From Calcarisporiella thermophila CBS 279.70 (Eukaryota > Fungi > Calcarisporiellomycota), in NCBI RefSeq assembly GCF_041956535.1, contig NW_027192216.1, positions 186,757 to 250,756 of the forward strand: a stretch of DNA of 64,000 bases, given 5' to 3'. The notes below the pieces were generated by a model. It did no database searches. It was given only the letters and a program-made list of their open reading frames with translations, and was not told the origin of the DNA. Of this stretch, positions 14,001 through 27,082 are shown in pieces; the stretch's first letter is position 1, and the number at the start of each line of letters is the position of its first letter. Position numbers and translations under genes: made by a program.

Positions 14001-17000
14001 CCATGGTATGGGAGTACGGCGCATCAATTCGATCACTACGTCTAGGCGAATCTCAAAACTACGTATATACTTAAGTATAGCCAAAACACGCGCTTCCCAT
14101 GGTGCTTAAAAAACGGAGGCTTTGAGCAAATTCAATCTAAATTAATATTTTTGATGATAATTTTTACCATTAAATAGGGTGGACCCGATTTTAGCTAGTA
14201 AATTGAATACAAGATATTTAGGGTATTGATCGAAATAAAGACAGAGGGCTCATAAGACTCATACCTGCACCATCCATTACTTCAATACAATACTCCATTA
14301 ATAATTCATCATGCGGCAATCCATTCTTCTCGGTATAAGGAGCAAAGTTTTTCTCAATCGCCTCCGGTATTACTTCAGGTGCAGCAATGCGATCCACTAA
14401 TTCAATTGCTACATAGAGGGAATATTAATAAAGCTAATTTTAAAGTAAAAAGAAGTGAAGTCTAACCAATCTGGCTTGGGGAAGACTGGCAATATTCGGC
14501 CAAAGTAACCTTCAGATCGTGGGCATCCTATGAATATAGCGCAGGGATTGGTCCGTTAAAGCACATATGCATTGCAAAGAGAAGGAACACGATACCAACC
14601 CACAAATATACAAGATCTTCCAACTGACGCGCAAGTTTTGTCGGCTTCTCGACATTCCCGCTATCCCGTGTCGTGGTTTGGAAAGACGAGTACGACGCGG
14701 TTTGTGCTAGTAATATCGTATTATCAACGTATCTTGAAGGTGTGGCGATTGCAAAAAGATCATTGAAGGTCGATTGTATTTCATCGGCGCCGTTTGTCGC
14801 TGAGTTCGCCATCTCATTCATGCTATTTACATCCAGCAATCGTATCACCTCCAAAGCATCATGTGGTTGTCTCTGCCGGCTCTCCATCATTCGGGCGCGC
14901 TGCTCAATCCACTCATTAACGCTTGCTCTGTCTTCTGTCTTTCGAACATGAGGCAAAACCTCATTCTTCAACCAGGGCGCAAATTCCTCCACAGAGGTAG
15001 AAGCTGGTATCTCGGTCAAAATTTCACGCACATGTTTCATCAGATCGGCATCGAGGAAATGACGCCGCCAAGCAACTATCGCCAGCTTTGGTTTGCCGAT
15101 ACCAAAGAGCCGACGTAGAACCTTGACCATATCACACGTGCGGAAACGCTGCCACGCGTTGCCGTCAAAATAATCATGCATTTTGGCTTCGATGGTACAT
15201 GCATCCTCCCAATCTTTCCCTTCATAGCTGACATCCTCTTTTCTCTCGCCTATGATCTCCATCGAATCGGACAACGGAACTGCACTACCTTCCTCAGAGA
15301 GTGCAAATCGGATCAATTGATAGGTGCCTAAACGGCGTATTGCAGAGTGTACTTGAAGCGAGGATATCGAGCTATTTTCGGATTTACGGTCATTTGCGGC
15401 CTGGACAATTGAGCGTGCATGGGAAAGAAGGCGAGAGGTTTCAGAGTAGGAAGGCAACACCGCCTTCAAACAAATATCGACAATAAATGCATCGTCCTAA
15501 TAATGAATTAGTTGCATTATCATTAACCTCATTAACCGAATTGGTTTTCTTGTGAATAAAAAATATACCTTTATCTTTGCGATATCCTCCATGAGCATTT
15601 CAACTCTTTCGTTGAATTTATCATCCCTCCCAGCAGAAGCTATATTTGCAAGAGTGTCGGAAAGTCTGCTTTTGAGGACAAGCTGTATAACAAGTAATGC
15701 AAAATTAAGTTTCGAAAGGATGAAGATAGCAAAGCCAGCATGTCCATTTAATACCTGCTCGTCAAGCCCAAACTGTTTGCTGAACAATAGAGCTGCATCA
15801 TAATGTCCCTTGCGCAAGAGTTGTTGGAATCGTGTCAGTGGCACGGCTTCCGAAAGGGCTTTTACATAGAGGGTAGATAAACTAACGTCAAGTACAAAAT
15901 TGATTATATTAGTGTTGTGACGAATAGAATGGCTGTTGCTAGTATATTTATATAGTACCTGTCGGAAGTTTCGTCAGATATCCCTTCGACAAAATACATT
16001 GTGTCAGTGAAATCCTAGATACATCAAGAGAATGAACAGTTGATTCCCAATTGAGATCAGATGAAAAAAAAAGACGCTACCTCTAGTCCCTTTAGCCTTT
16101 TTACTAACCAGCAGTTGTTTAGTACCGGTACTTTGTGTTGAATCTTAAAATCTGGCAGAGAAATCACTTCCACAAAACGCTTCGTCTCCTCATCCTCTTG
16201 ACGAGGCCTGGTAAGCACAGCAATCGAAAAACGAAGATCACGTCTGCTGCTCAATCGATCCACATTTGCAGATGGAATAATGGAAAAGTCACTTATGGTT
16301 GTGTTAGTGTGTCGCTGCAGCATTATCATGCTATTAACATCATAGAAAACAAAATTAGGATAAAACGGTTTTTCTAGTTGATATTTTATGAGTTTGGTCG
16401 TACCTCTTTCGATCCCACAATGATAGACTTCCACTTTCATCTAACACGACCATAAGCTTTCCGTGTCGTGTAACCTGTATTTGAACCACCCCCACTCCTT
16501 GCAGCAGCCGTCCTATTTGGGTTTCAAGATAGGTTCTGGGAAAGAATTCCCCTTCGGTTGGATGCTCTCTTCGCCAGGAACAGAGGGAAGCATTACCTAC
16601 ATTGCGTTTGAGATTAATCAATCCAACAGAAGCTCGGGTCAATTAACAAGCTATAATAATTACCTTTCCCACCAGTAATAAGACACGAGGAATGACTCTC
16701 AAATACGACAAGTATATCATTGACAGCTATCTGATGTGGGGAGGAATCTGTATGACCCAGATCAATGCGTTCCATTGCGATCGAAGATTTGGCCTAATCA
16801 AATGGGCAAAATGATAATGTAACACTCAGCCTCTAAGTGAAAATATTGCTCTATTCCTACTCACCTCCAACCCGAGTGCGGCGTTCTGCGTGGCCACTGC
16901 TTCTGAGAGCTTTTTTATTTGTATATTTGAAAATCGGTAGAGCAGCTTATTCTGCAGTACAACCAATAGCTCCTCTGTCTCACTACTACTAAATTGGCAA

Positions 17001-17708
17001 ACGTGGAATAAATATCCTTCCATGGCCTCTGAATCGACCAAAAAATAACACGCATATACATACTCAGGGCTTGAGGCAAACGTTAATGAATAGAACATTC
17101 GCCCCGATTCCCTCTCCATGTCCCTCTGAAAGACCTCTTGTGAAAATACTATAGTACGCGACATAACGTGAATAAAGTGAATTGTGCCTAAGCTATCCCC
17201 TACAACCAGAAAGCTAGAATCTCGATTGAATGCTATTCGCTCCGGTTCACAGTCTATGAATTCGGAAGTTTAGGAGCTGAGAACAAAGGGTTTAGTGTGA
17301 GAAGGTGAAATAATTACCTAGATTAATGGTTGCTTGATGTTCTGTACAATCGGCATTAAGCAGGTGTATCTCTTTCGATACAGACAGACAGAACCCGCCT
17401 GGTGATGCGACAGCATCACAAACCACCTTCAATTAAACGCGTTATATCAACCCAATCACAATTCTATTACAATACGTAAAGCAAATAAATATAGTTACAT
17501 TTTCTGTCTCCAAGTCATCATCCCTTGTGAATGTGGATACAGTCTCGATCTTATAAATTGAAGCGATGGTATCCTCGCGTGAATCGCGTCTTCGTATCAA
17601 CTCTTCTTCAACACGCGTATCGAGCCGAATGGTTTCCTCTTGGCCAATTAGATTAACCCTCCAAGTAGGGGGTGAATGCTGAGATTGGAATGGGTCTTCC
17701 TCCTCCAT
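8059..17708 (-). CDS. KNTC1: Rough deal / kinetochore-associated protein 1 (RZZ subunit), many exons
   Basis: N-terminal SIYKIET; PLTRFQQLLRKGHYDAALLFSKQFGLDEQLVLKSRL (cf. Rod PENRLSRLLHK..FA.AE.FA.QFGLD.ELVYK); LMRRTPIPWS..V; EQYRLMRLKRML..Y; RAEPER; LARSLW..HNQEP. A chain of minus-strand exons spans ~9.6 kb. Internal exon boundaries are approximate. Confidence 0.8.
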
Positions 17709-17764
17709 CACGGCATATAGATGTTATGGATTAGCGGATGGCAATAGGAATTAGGTGTCAAACT

Positions 17765-17803
17765 TCGCGTGAGTTAGTATATTTATTTTAGATTGGCACG
17801 CGT
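17765..17803. promoter_or_regulatory. MCB-like elements (TCGCGT, ACGCGT) in the short Rod / 5-alpha-reductase divergent promoter
   Basis: TCGCGT at 17765-17770 and ACGCGT at 17798-17803, upstream of a mitotic gene. Short motifs, so chance occurrence is possible. Confidence 0.35.
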
Positions 17804-17863
17804 TTCGATTTTTCCTGAGTTTGTGACGTCTCAATTTATAGAGTATTTCCATATTCTAATTTC

Positions 17864-18742
17864 ATGGTCCTGAGTCAGCTGTCATTACAGACTCAACCAC
17901 CTAGCAAGATGGAAGATGTCATCTTTAATGTCATCCTTTGGTGCTATGCAGCCGTGATTCCGCTGTTATTCATTGCCCTCTTCTTTATTAATGCGCCCTA
18001 CGGTAACACTATTGTTTTTGTCCCGTATTCGGCCATTCACCCTAATTTAACCTTAGGCCGCTTCTCCTGCGGATCAACGGTCAACGGTCGCGTTGGCTGG
18101 TTCCTGATAGAAATTACTTCACCTGTGGTGTTTCTTCTTTCTCTACGCCTCCGAAATTCATCCCTACTCACCGCGCCCAAACTTTTCCTTTCTGCACTCT
18201 GGCTTGGCCACTACTTCAATCGTGCCGTTGTCTACACAATACGTGCTCCCTCTCTCTCACCGATGCATTATATAGTTATCTTGTCCGGAATCGGATACAA
18301 TGTACTAAACGGATATACAAACGGTCGATGGATCGGCTTGTACAGCTCTTATGGAGAAGACTTCTTTGGTTTGAGATGCCTGGTTGGCTTTATTCTATTT
18401 GCTGCCGGTATGGCGCTGAATATCCATCACGACAACATTCTCTTCGGCCTTCGACGGAAAAAGGAGAAAGTCGAAGAGAATTCTGGTCGCCACCGCAAAC
18501 GATACTTTATACCCTACGGTGGACTCTTCAGATATGTCAGCTGTCCGTCCTACTTCTGTGAGAGCATCGAGTGGATTGGGTTTGCCGTGGCTGCCTGGTA
18601 TTCTCCTCCCGCGCTTTTATTTGCTGCGTCCACACCTGCAAATCTTCTGCCGCGAGCACTACGGACCCATGCTTGGTACCGGCGCACCTTTGGCGATAAG
18701 TACCCAAGCGATAGAAGAGCTTTTGTGCCCTTTCTTATTTGA
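17864..18742 (+). CDS. 3-oxo-5-alpha-steroid 4-dehydrogenase (SRD5A/DET2-like)
   Basis: APYG|RF after removing a 54-nt intron (18003-18056); HYFNRA, NGYTN, NIHHDNIL..LR, IPYGGLFRYVSCPSYFCESIEWIGFA, NLLPRA..HAWY...FGDKYP..RRAFVPF. The start could be the second Met (17909). Confidence 0.9.
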   Translation: MVLSQLSLQTQPPSKMEDVIFNVILWCYAAVIPLLFIALFFINAPYGNTIVFVPYSAIHPNLTLGRFSCGSTVNGRVGWFLIEITSPVVFLLSLRLRNSSLLTAPKLFLSALWLGHYFNRAVVYTIRAPSLSPMHYIVILSGIGYNVLNGYTNGRWIGLYSSYGEDFFGLRCLVGFILFAAGMALNIHHDNILFGLRRKKEKVEENSGRHRKRYFIPYGGLFRYVSCPSYFCESIEWIGFAVAAWYSPPALLFAASTPANLLPRALRTHAWYRRTFGDKYPSDRRAFVPFLI

Positions 18743-18917
18743 GCAATTTCTATACTTGACATTTCCAATTCCCAATCTTATTCCCTACACTTTCCATTGT
18801 GCTAGATTTTGTGTCATGTTTTACCCTTGTTGCAATGCAAGTCGTCATTTTTAGATGTGGATCATTGAATAAAATAGTAGTGTATATATTTTATTACATG
18901 GAAATAGCGTATAGAAC

Positions 18918-19332
18918 TCAAAACCCCCTCTGTGTCAACCATTCTCTTACTTCTCTTACATAGTTTCCTTTTACTACCACATGGCCGGTCGTCTTGTTAA
19001 CATTGACAGTGGTGGGAAGATCCTTAGCGAGATCCTCGCATAATCTCTAAACATAATCCCAACCTACTTAATAATCGAATTATCAATACGAAAAGAAAGA
19101 CTGCACCACTTACCCCAACATCGCCTTCAATCTTCCGGATAAGTGTTAGCACGCGCATGCCGCCATTTCGATAATCAGTGTAAACTGGTAGAGATTTGGA
19201 ACGGGTACGCTCGACAAAATAAGGATAAGATCTAACAGCTTGGGCGGTGGTTTCTGTTGGAGAGGGAGCGGTTGTAATGGATGTATAAGATCGTGTCAAG
19301 ATGCGCGGTGATAGATGCCTTAGAAAACTCAT
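18918..19332 (-). CDS. IMG2: Mitochondrial ribosomal protein mL49 (Img2), 2 exons
   Basis: [31 protein letters not shown]|..CEDL...[27 protein letters not shown]. Confidence 0.88.
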
Positions 19333-19760
19333 GTTGATCTAGTGTAGGAATTTCTAGTTTGCAAATAAGATATTTGTTTTCAATTTTGAGTCTTCTCCGT
19401 TGCCGAAGTGACTTCTACCAAGCCACATATTTCGAATTATAAAGCGGTATTTATTGCCATGCTCATCGAAACTTCAACTGTTGTAGAAAGGCAAAAAGTA
19501 TATAAAGGGCTTTAATTAAAGAAAGAAAGAAAGATTGATGAATGCCTGATATAGTGTGAGTATAAAGTGAAAATACTATGTGGTGAAGTTTGAAAAAAAA
19601 AAAAATTACATCAGAAAACTATATAAAAAAAAAGATCAATGAAATCAAATCATTAGAGCAAAAATGCACTTAGTATTGAATTTTATGTTATATATTTTAG
19701 CTATCAAGGTATAAAGTCCAAGTGAAAAATAAAATATCTGTACTTAATAGGGGTGTATAT

Positions 19761-21696
19761 TTACGATCGCCAGTGCGGACGTTGTTCACTGTAATAGGAT
19801 CCGCGTCGGTAATCCGTATCATACTCCGGGTGCCTTGAATCCTCCCACTCAGCAGCTCCGTCCCTCCTCACCTCGTGCAGCTCAGTTTGCTCTTCTTCGG
19901 GCACATAGGGTTCATAAGCGGAATTCCAACGATCATCGTAGCCCACTCGCACCTGCTCAGATGATTGCCGGTCATTCCACCCACCCTCACGATAGTCTTC
20001 CCTGGAGCTTCGTGTCGATTTAAAGTCGGGGGCAATCGTGCTTGCGTGGCCAGCGGTAAGGCCCATCCTCATTTGTTCATACATTGCAGGTGACATAGGC
20101 GCGGCCGAATTCTCTGTGCGCTGAGTACCAACCTCGCTTAAATCCATATGGCTTGTATTTTCAAGTAATGCGGCCTTGCCAGGGGACATTGGTGCAGCTC
20201 TTGACTCAGGATCATACTGAGAGTAGCTGGGGCTAGTGTTTTCAAACGGCACAGACAAGAATTCATCGTCCTTCTTGGGCTTCTTCCGGCGAATGAAGAG
20301 AAAAGCAAGCGCACCAATCGCAGCCAGCCCAACAATGCCGCCAATAATTCCACCAACCAAGGCGCCCGTAGGAGTTCTGCCAGAGGCATTAGGGCTGGCA
20401 TTTCCATTCAAAGAGCCTGAGGAACTCGAGCCAGAAGAAGGAGGTGGGGCAGTCTGAGCGGTGGAGGTATATTCCAGGTGGTCGGGCGAGTATTGGGGCA
20501 TCCAAGTCCAACTGGTGGAGTCCAGCGCGATGACATGCCCATCATAAGCTCCTCCCTGCAAATATCCGAAAGCACACACCATCCGCGTACCAGCCATGGT
20601 GCATGTGTGATCATAGCGACCAGCTGGTGCGGTGCCTTGCACTGTGGGTCTGGACCAGACCGGAGGATTGGCCGTAGTGTCAAGAACCGCGATATCGCCC
20701 ATAGAGGTATTATAATCAGAATCGGTCCCTCCAAAGAGGATCAGTTTCCCGTCCTTGGTTGCGACGGTAGTGTGTTGTCGACGAGGTGCAGGCACGTCAC
20801 CGCCAGCAGTCTATATTCAAGAAAACAGCTGGTAAATCTACAGGCCCAAGCTCTCTCCCCTAATTTCGATCCAATGGACCCGACACTTACCAACAAAGTC
20901 CAAGAGTTCGTCTGTGTATCATACACAGCAACTTGATCCATTCCCACCATTCCCTGAGCATCACGTCCCCCCAGAATATATATCTTCTCTCCCACCATGG
21001 TCAGAGTGTGATGATATCTTGCAGATGGTGCCGTCCCCTGGGCAGTTATCTCCACAAAGCCATTGTTTTTCCCGCTTGTGTCCAATGCCAGTACATTTCC
21101 GGAGACTGGCGTCTCTGGACTTTGAGCATTTTCGCCGCCCCACATAAATAGTTTTCCATCGGTGAGCCTGGTCACCAGATTATGACCTTGGCGTGGAGGC
21201 TGGGGCAAAGAGATGCTAGGGGTAAACCATTGTTTAGCGGCAGTATCATACGTGTGCAAGCGATTAGTCTGTTCATCCTGCACACCCCCGTATAAATAAA
21301 GCGCCTTGTTCTGCGCACCCCCAATCGCAAATCCAGGGTAGACGACACGTGGCCCATCGGAGATGGTCAAATTCTCATAAGGGAGATCGGAAGATTGGAG
21401 GGAGATGGTATTGGAAAGATCCAGCGCTAAAAGCTCGTTGATGCGGCTATTATTATCTTCAACCAATTTGCCGCCGTAGAAGTAAAGTCTTTTAATTGAA
21501 AACAATTTCCAAAGAGCTTGTAAGAATGGGCGTGTCAACACGAACTTGAATGGGTTTGGATAAGCCTCATCCGCTATGGATCGCTAGACCCTGCTACTTA
21601 CTTATTATCCATGAGAGCCGCCCCATGACCCCGCCTTGGTGTGGCGGTCAGGGCATTAGCCAGTGTCAATGCACTTAGGAAAAGAATGGGCTTCAT
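19761..21696 (-). CDS. Kelch-repeat single-pass membrane protein with signal peptide
   Basis: Signal peptide MKPILFLSALTLANA. Kelch repeats (PRRGH..LYFYGG, PRQGH..LFMWGG, ARYHHT..IYILGG, PRRQHT..LILFGG), Ser-rich stalk, TM GGIIGGIVGLAAIGALAFLFI followed by RRKK. Confidence 0.8.
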
Positions 21697-23406
21697 AACT
21701 CTTCTAAGCAGGCATGAATCTCAAGAAGAGAATCCACGGTGAAAATAGCAAAAGAGGGACAGAGAGGGCACTAGTCTAAAAATAAAAAATCGAAAATAAA
21801 GTTTCCTATACGTTTATTAGCTGTTGATGGGAGAGGCGTGAAACTAAGCAAATTCAAGCGAGCGGCCTATGCCCTTTCATCCTGCACTCTAAATTTAACA
21901 AAAGCTCCAGGGGCAAGAATTCAGGAAAAAGCCGAGACAAAGATATTAATAGAAAGACAACCTCTATGAGGATCTCGATTAAGGCACGACTATGTATTTC
22001 TTTTTCTGGCTCTTCGTGGCGGCCTCTTCCATCATGGGAGATGGGTCCACTACCAAGTTGGAAATAGGGTGGCACTTGGGTATGGCGAGTAGAACCTCGA
22101 CCTATCGCTCATCCTCCTCTTGTTTAGCTCCTCCATTTCTTCTAGACAACGCCCCGAGTCAGCATGCGTTGGTAATCATATCCACGGACTTCTAGCCAGT
22201 GTTTCAACTGGGCATTATTTCCAAGGCCCGTCCTTGCGAACGAAGCAGTTCAACTGCGGGTGAAAGGGAGGGGGGGGGGTGGAGCAAGTATGAGTTGAGA
22301 TCAATAGATAACAGCTGAGTACGAGTGGTGAAACAACATAGGCTGGCAAAGGGGGGGGAGACGAGGAATTGGAAACTGAGAAAAAAAGCAAATGAACTTG
22401 TATGGTTTAATGTTAAGTTCTGTTGACCCGTCACGTTCTATGGTTCTATAGTGAGAGTTAAATGTCGGTAGGAAATACGAAAATTGGAAAAAAAATGGTT
22501 GGAGCTTAGCAAGATTGGTCGGCGCTAATTGGAGGTATTTCATCCCTCTCCGACAGAAGCCAAGCATCGTCCATGACTTAATTTATCTGCGACATTAGGA
22601 AAACTAAAATTTGTTTGTAATGTCTTTGGCATTGCCATAACAACAGATCCGCCCACACTGACCTTGTCAACCAAGGTGACTATGCTTGCACGTGTCAGCT
22701 CTTTTTTTAATTCATCTTGTTTCCAGGTCAATCCCCATTACTAATATCTTAGTGTAAGAAACCGGAAAACAGAACAACAGAAACATTTTACTAATGACAT
22801 AAATAGAAGTGTAGAAAAATAGAAAAACTAAAACACAGAATTTACTTGTCGCCACACAATGCAACTCAATTAGGCGCCCTTGTGGCTGCCCAATGACCAT
22901 CACGCTTTATTGTGGCTCGACTCTGTTCCGTGGGTGGTTGTGTTCTGATGGGAAATTTTAAACTTTGCTCTAGAAGCAGAGCTAGGAGCAGGGAGTTAAG
23001 GGACTTGGTTAAAGAGAGGGAGGAATGGGGGTGCCGGTGCCCCTCCTTGCAAAATGCTTGGGACTCATCGCAATAGCCGTTATGTAAACAGTAAAAAAAA
23101 AGAAACATGTAGATAAAGATAGGAAGGAAAAAGAGAAACCTTGGAAGGTCATCAGTGGTTTGAATCGTGAGGTTTCACAGGGGAGTTATTTTTGGCGATA
23201 CATCATACGTATATTTGTTCAAGAAAAACTTTATTAGAAAAAAAAACATTAAAAATCTAAAATTAAATCTAAACGAATTTTCTTCCAGCCGAAAGAGATA
23301 TATAAAGCAGACTCCCCCCTACCGACTCCCCGCCTCCAGTCTTCCTACTCTATTTTCACTGAAAAAAAAAAGGCTTCCTTGTGTCGTATTTGATAAATAA
23401 ACATCA

Positions 23407-24285
23407 ATGGAAGACAGCCTTGATCCCACAGCAGCATTCCATTTCTACTCGATGCTTTCCCCCTCGGATAGTAGTGCAGGCTCTGTTTCTGAGTTCGACA
23501 TGAACGAATACCTTTCGCCATTCCAGCATCCCTCGGATGGTTTCTCGCCATCACTACTACTACTTGAGAGCGATGGTGAGTGCGCAAGCCTTACCAACAC
23601 CTCCATCTCTACCCCCATGGACGAGTCCTCCGAATTAATGTCGAAGCTGCTCACGGCCGACGCGTCGCTCTTCTTTGAAGGACTCAAGGAGCTCGAGCGA
23701 TTCGCACAGTTGCCTGCGGAGTCGCAGCCACAGCCACAGCCGCAGCCATTCCAGCTCCAACCGCACCCCGCCTCCTCCGTCAAATTGGAAGAGTTTTCCC
23801 CGCCCCTGAACGTGGCCGACGTCTGCTCGCCACAACAGCTGCAGACCCCAGCCTACTTGGCCGCCACCACTCCGCCGCAAACACCTCTCCCCTCCGAATG
23901 GAATTATGCGCTTGGCTTTTCCCCTTCACCCTCCTCCTTCACCCTCTCTCCGTACCCCTCCTCCTATCCACAAGAGAAGCCCTCTCGCCGGCGCCGCATG
24001 CCCGGCCACTTCGCATGTCCCCACCCCAATTGCCCGAAAACCTTCACACGCCCCTATAACCTAAAATCCCACATGCGAACCCACACCAGCGAGCGGCCCT
24101 TCGTTTGTGGCCATTGCCCAAAGGCGTTTGCGCGCCAGCATGATCGGGACCGCCACGAGAAACTCCATTCGGGAGTGAAGCCCTTCGTATGCCCCCACTG
24201 TGGAAAAGCCTTTGTACGGCAAGATGCACTTGGTCGACATTTGAAAGTAGAGAGTAGCCCATGCAAAGGCACTATACATCAGTAG
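23407..24285 (+). CDS. C2H2 zinc-finger transcription factor with Crz1-type fingers
   Basis: Intronless ORF. CPKTFTRPYNLKSHMRTHTSERPFVC..CPKAFARQHDRDRHEKLH..VKPFVC..CGKAFVRQDALGRH. TATATAAA about 105 nt upstream. Confidence 0.85.
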   Translation: MEDSLDPTAAFHFYSMLSPSDSSAGSVSEFDMNEYLSPFQHPSDGFSPSLLLLESDGECASLTNTSISTPMDESSELMSKLLTADASLFFEGLKELERFAQLPAESQPQPQPQPFQLQPHPASSVKLEEFSPPLNVADVCSPQQLQTPAYLAATTPPQTPLPSEWNYALGFSPSPSSFTLSPYPSSYPQEKPSRRRRMPGHFACPHPNCPKTFTRPYNLKSHMRTHTSERPFVCGHCPKAFARQHDRDRHEKLHSGVKPFVCPHCGKAFVRQDALGRHLKVESSPCKGTIHQ

Positions 24286-24345
24286 CATCCTTCCTAGTTA
24301 TCCACTCTTGATACAAGTTTATCTGCTCCCCTTCCACGCAATTCC

Positions 24346-24392
24346 CCTCCTCCTCCTCCTCCTCCTCCTTCTCCTTCTTCTTCTTCTTCTTC
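24346..24392 (+). repeat. (CTC)n/(TTC)n microsatellite in the 3' UTR
   Basis: cctcctcctcctcct...ttcttcttcttct run directly visible. Confidence 0.8.
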
Positions 24393-24814
24393 TCCACTTC
24401 TCCCCTTCTCCTCCAAATTTCTGTTGTACATAGGCACATATACATGCACCACTTTTTTTTTTATTACTACGTTTATATTCATGTTTGTTTATTTCGCTTA
24501 TTTCGCTCCAATCCTGTTCCACTGCCATTTTATATTATTTTTTTGTTTGCCTTGCTTGCACCATTTCGTTGTAAATATTATATTTCAATATACATAAGAA
24601 TGCGAGAAAATAAGAGCAGGTTCCTAAGATTCATTCCAATCTCGCCCAAATCCAAGTTTAGTATTGATTGAAAGTTTTCATTTTGGAAGCAAAAACAAAC
24701 ACACTCGAAAATAAATAGGATTACAAATACACACAGTCCTTGTAGTGAGATATAAATAGAAATGGCCTCCTCGGCCTTGGAGAGGGAGAGTTAGGGGGCG
24801 TCTGCCTCCATGCT

Positions 24815-26375
24815 TTATTTCTTGCTCCCAAGCATGGCAGCAATGGCGGCGCCCACGCACCCTCCGTCCATGGCAATTCCGATCTCAATACGGTCATTCT
24901 TCTCCTGGCCCAGAAGGGTGATGATCGAGCGGCGGGTGCGCTCCTCAAAGTTTGGGTAGAGTTCGTAGAGACTGCCCGTGATCCCAAGCACGATCGGGCC
25001 CTCCTGTCCAATGATGCCGATTTCTTCCTCTCGGCGCAACAGCGACACAGTAGCAGCGCCCAGGAGGTTGGCAGAGCGGTCACCTATGATGCGTACAATC
25101 TCTCGCACGACCTGTAGATCCTTTAGCGCGGGCGACTGCTCAAAGCGGAAGTTCTCCTCCAACAGCTGGCGAGTGGTGGAGAGCTCTTCGCTGACGTCGG
25201 ATTCGATTGTGCTCATGAATGCGGTCTGGAACTGGAAAGCTTTTTCAAAGCCGGCGGGGACGTTTCCGGAAAAGAGCAAGCCCTGCTTCACGGCATCGAT
25301 CAACACGCGGCGCGTGATTTCCCCAAGATACATCCCCGAGCACATCTTCTCAAAGGCTTGGAATCCGGGAATCGTCGACTCCTTGTCGAGCTCAACGTCA
25401 TATTTCGTAAGGGGAAGATATTCTGCGCTGCCGAAGATATCCCATTCTGTGTTCAAGATCATACGATCTGAGGAAGGGTCGGTGACGAGGTCCGCGCATT
25501 CCTTGAGTTTGGGAATGTTCTGCGTGCGTTCAATGTAGGCGGCATTGGTACCGGTGCCGAAAATAATGCCTACGGTCGTTAGAGGGTTTTGGTATGCATG
25601 GGCAACCAGAGTGCCGACAGTATCGTTGAGGAGGGCAGACACGCGGATGGGCAGACCCTTTCAATAAGGAGAGGTGGGTTTTGGATATTAGCGTGTGTGA
25701 ATGAATGGAGAGTGCATAGTACAAAATGTGGGAAAGAGGATGGGGTAGCAGCTTAAATGGAGAAAAGATGCTCCTATTTACCTTAGCGTCGAAACCCTTT
25801 TGCAGCTGCTCGCCAAGATCAAGCCCCAAAATCTCATTGACTACAGTAAATCCTTTGCCCATCTCCAAAATGGCGCCCTTGTTGACACCAGTTTGTCTAA
25901 AGAAAAGTGTGTCAAACAGAGCAAATCGACCGATTCAGATTGATCAATGGGCTTACTCAAGGGGGAAACTCCACACGACGCCCATCTGATACTGGTCCTC
26001 GTGCTTTCCAGCGGCTCTAATCTGTTGCAAGAGCGCCTCGGTCTTCTCTACGATCCAGCCAAAGAGATTCTCAGCGGAACCGGTCTTGACAGAGTCCAGG
26101 ATGGAATGTTTGTGCTGCACAACTTCCACTCGGCCTTCACCGAGCAGTTGAACGGCAGCTACACGGAGATTCGAGCCGCCGACGTCGATGGCAAGGTAAG
26201 TCCCCGTCTCATTGCCATGGGGAAGCGAGGTGATGTAGGAGGGATTCTGCGTGTTACCTCGGGCGCTAAGGCCATGCATCAGCTCTCCGGTAAGGCCGGC
26301 AACGACACGCTCCAGCTGGTCGCGGTCAAGGGTGAATTGGGTTCGAATGTTGGCTACAAAAGCGTCAAGCGACAT
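24815..26375 (-). CDS. Hexokinase / glucokinase, 3 exons
   Basis: LPHGNETGTYLAIDVGGSNLRV, MGVVWSFPL, MGKGF, ALLNDTVGTL, IFGTGTNAAY, NTEW, FEKMCSGMYLGEI, DGGCVGAA. Start taken as MSLDAF at 26375. Confidence 0.92.
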
Positions 26376-27082
26376 GGCTGTCTGGGATGGAGAATGGGGG
26401 GAAGAAGCTAGGGGGAAATGCGCCGGGGAGGGAATTTGGGGAATTTGGCCGTGGGAGAAGAAGAGAGAAAAAGAGGCGGCGGTGGAGGGTCGGAAGTTAG
26501 GAGACAAACAGAAAATAAAGGCGACGAAGAGGGGAAAAAATTAAGATGCCCGCTGATTTGTTGGGCTAACTCTAAACAATCGCCCCCACACTCGTACAAG
26601 AGTCCATGTGGTGTGCCGCTTCGACGGAGAATATGTCGCCGCAACTCTGCCCGCCTGGCGACCCGCCGCCCGAATCAGAGCTAAACCGATTCAAGATTCC
26701 AACCCTGCTGAGGCCAGCAGCCGGTGGCCGGCTTAAGGTTGTGGATCTATTCCTTATCGCGGGTTTAAGCTCGGCCTTTATCTTGTATGACAAGATCTGA
26801 GGGAAGGCTCCACGCTCTTGCTTCTTTTGTAGGGTGGTTGCGGAGCACGCTGAGGGCCGCCGGCCGTCGGTGTGTGCCTCGTGGGGGGGAGGGGCAGGGG
26901 CACGTAGGCGTGCATGGATGCGGGTCCGAGTGGCATGCGCTCTCTTATTTTCTTTGAGGGCGGCAGTCATGGCCCTAATGCCCTTGTGGGAATATTTAAG
27001 TCGCAACAAAGCAAGTCACGGCGACACGTAATGATTATCTCTCTCTGTTCTTTCTCGTTTTTTCCACGGCGAAGCTCTCATC

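Noticed and set aside
18003-18056. In-frame, stop-free introns (54 nt here; 63 nt at 48079-48141) as regulated intron retention
   Set aside because: Expected by chance among many short introns. Retention would interrupt conserved motifs, and there is no transcript evidence.
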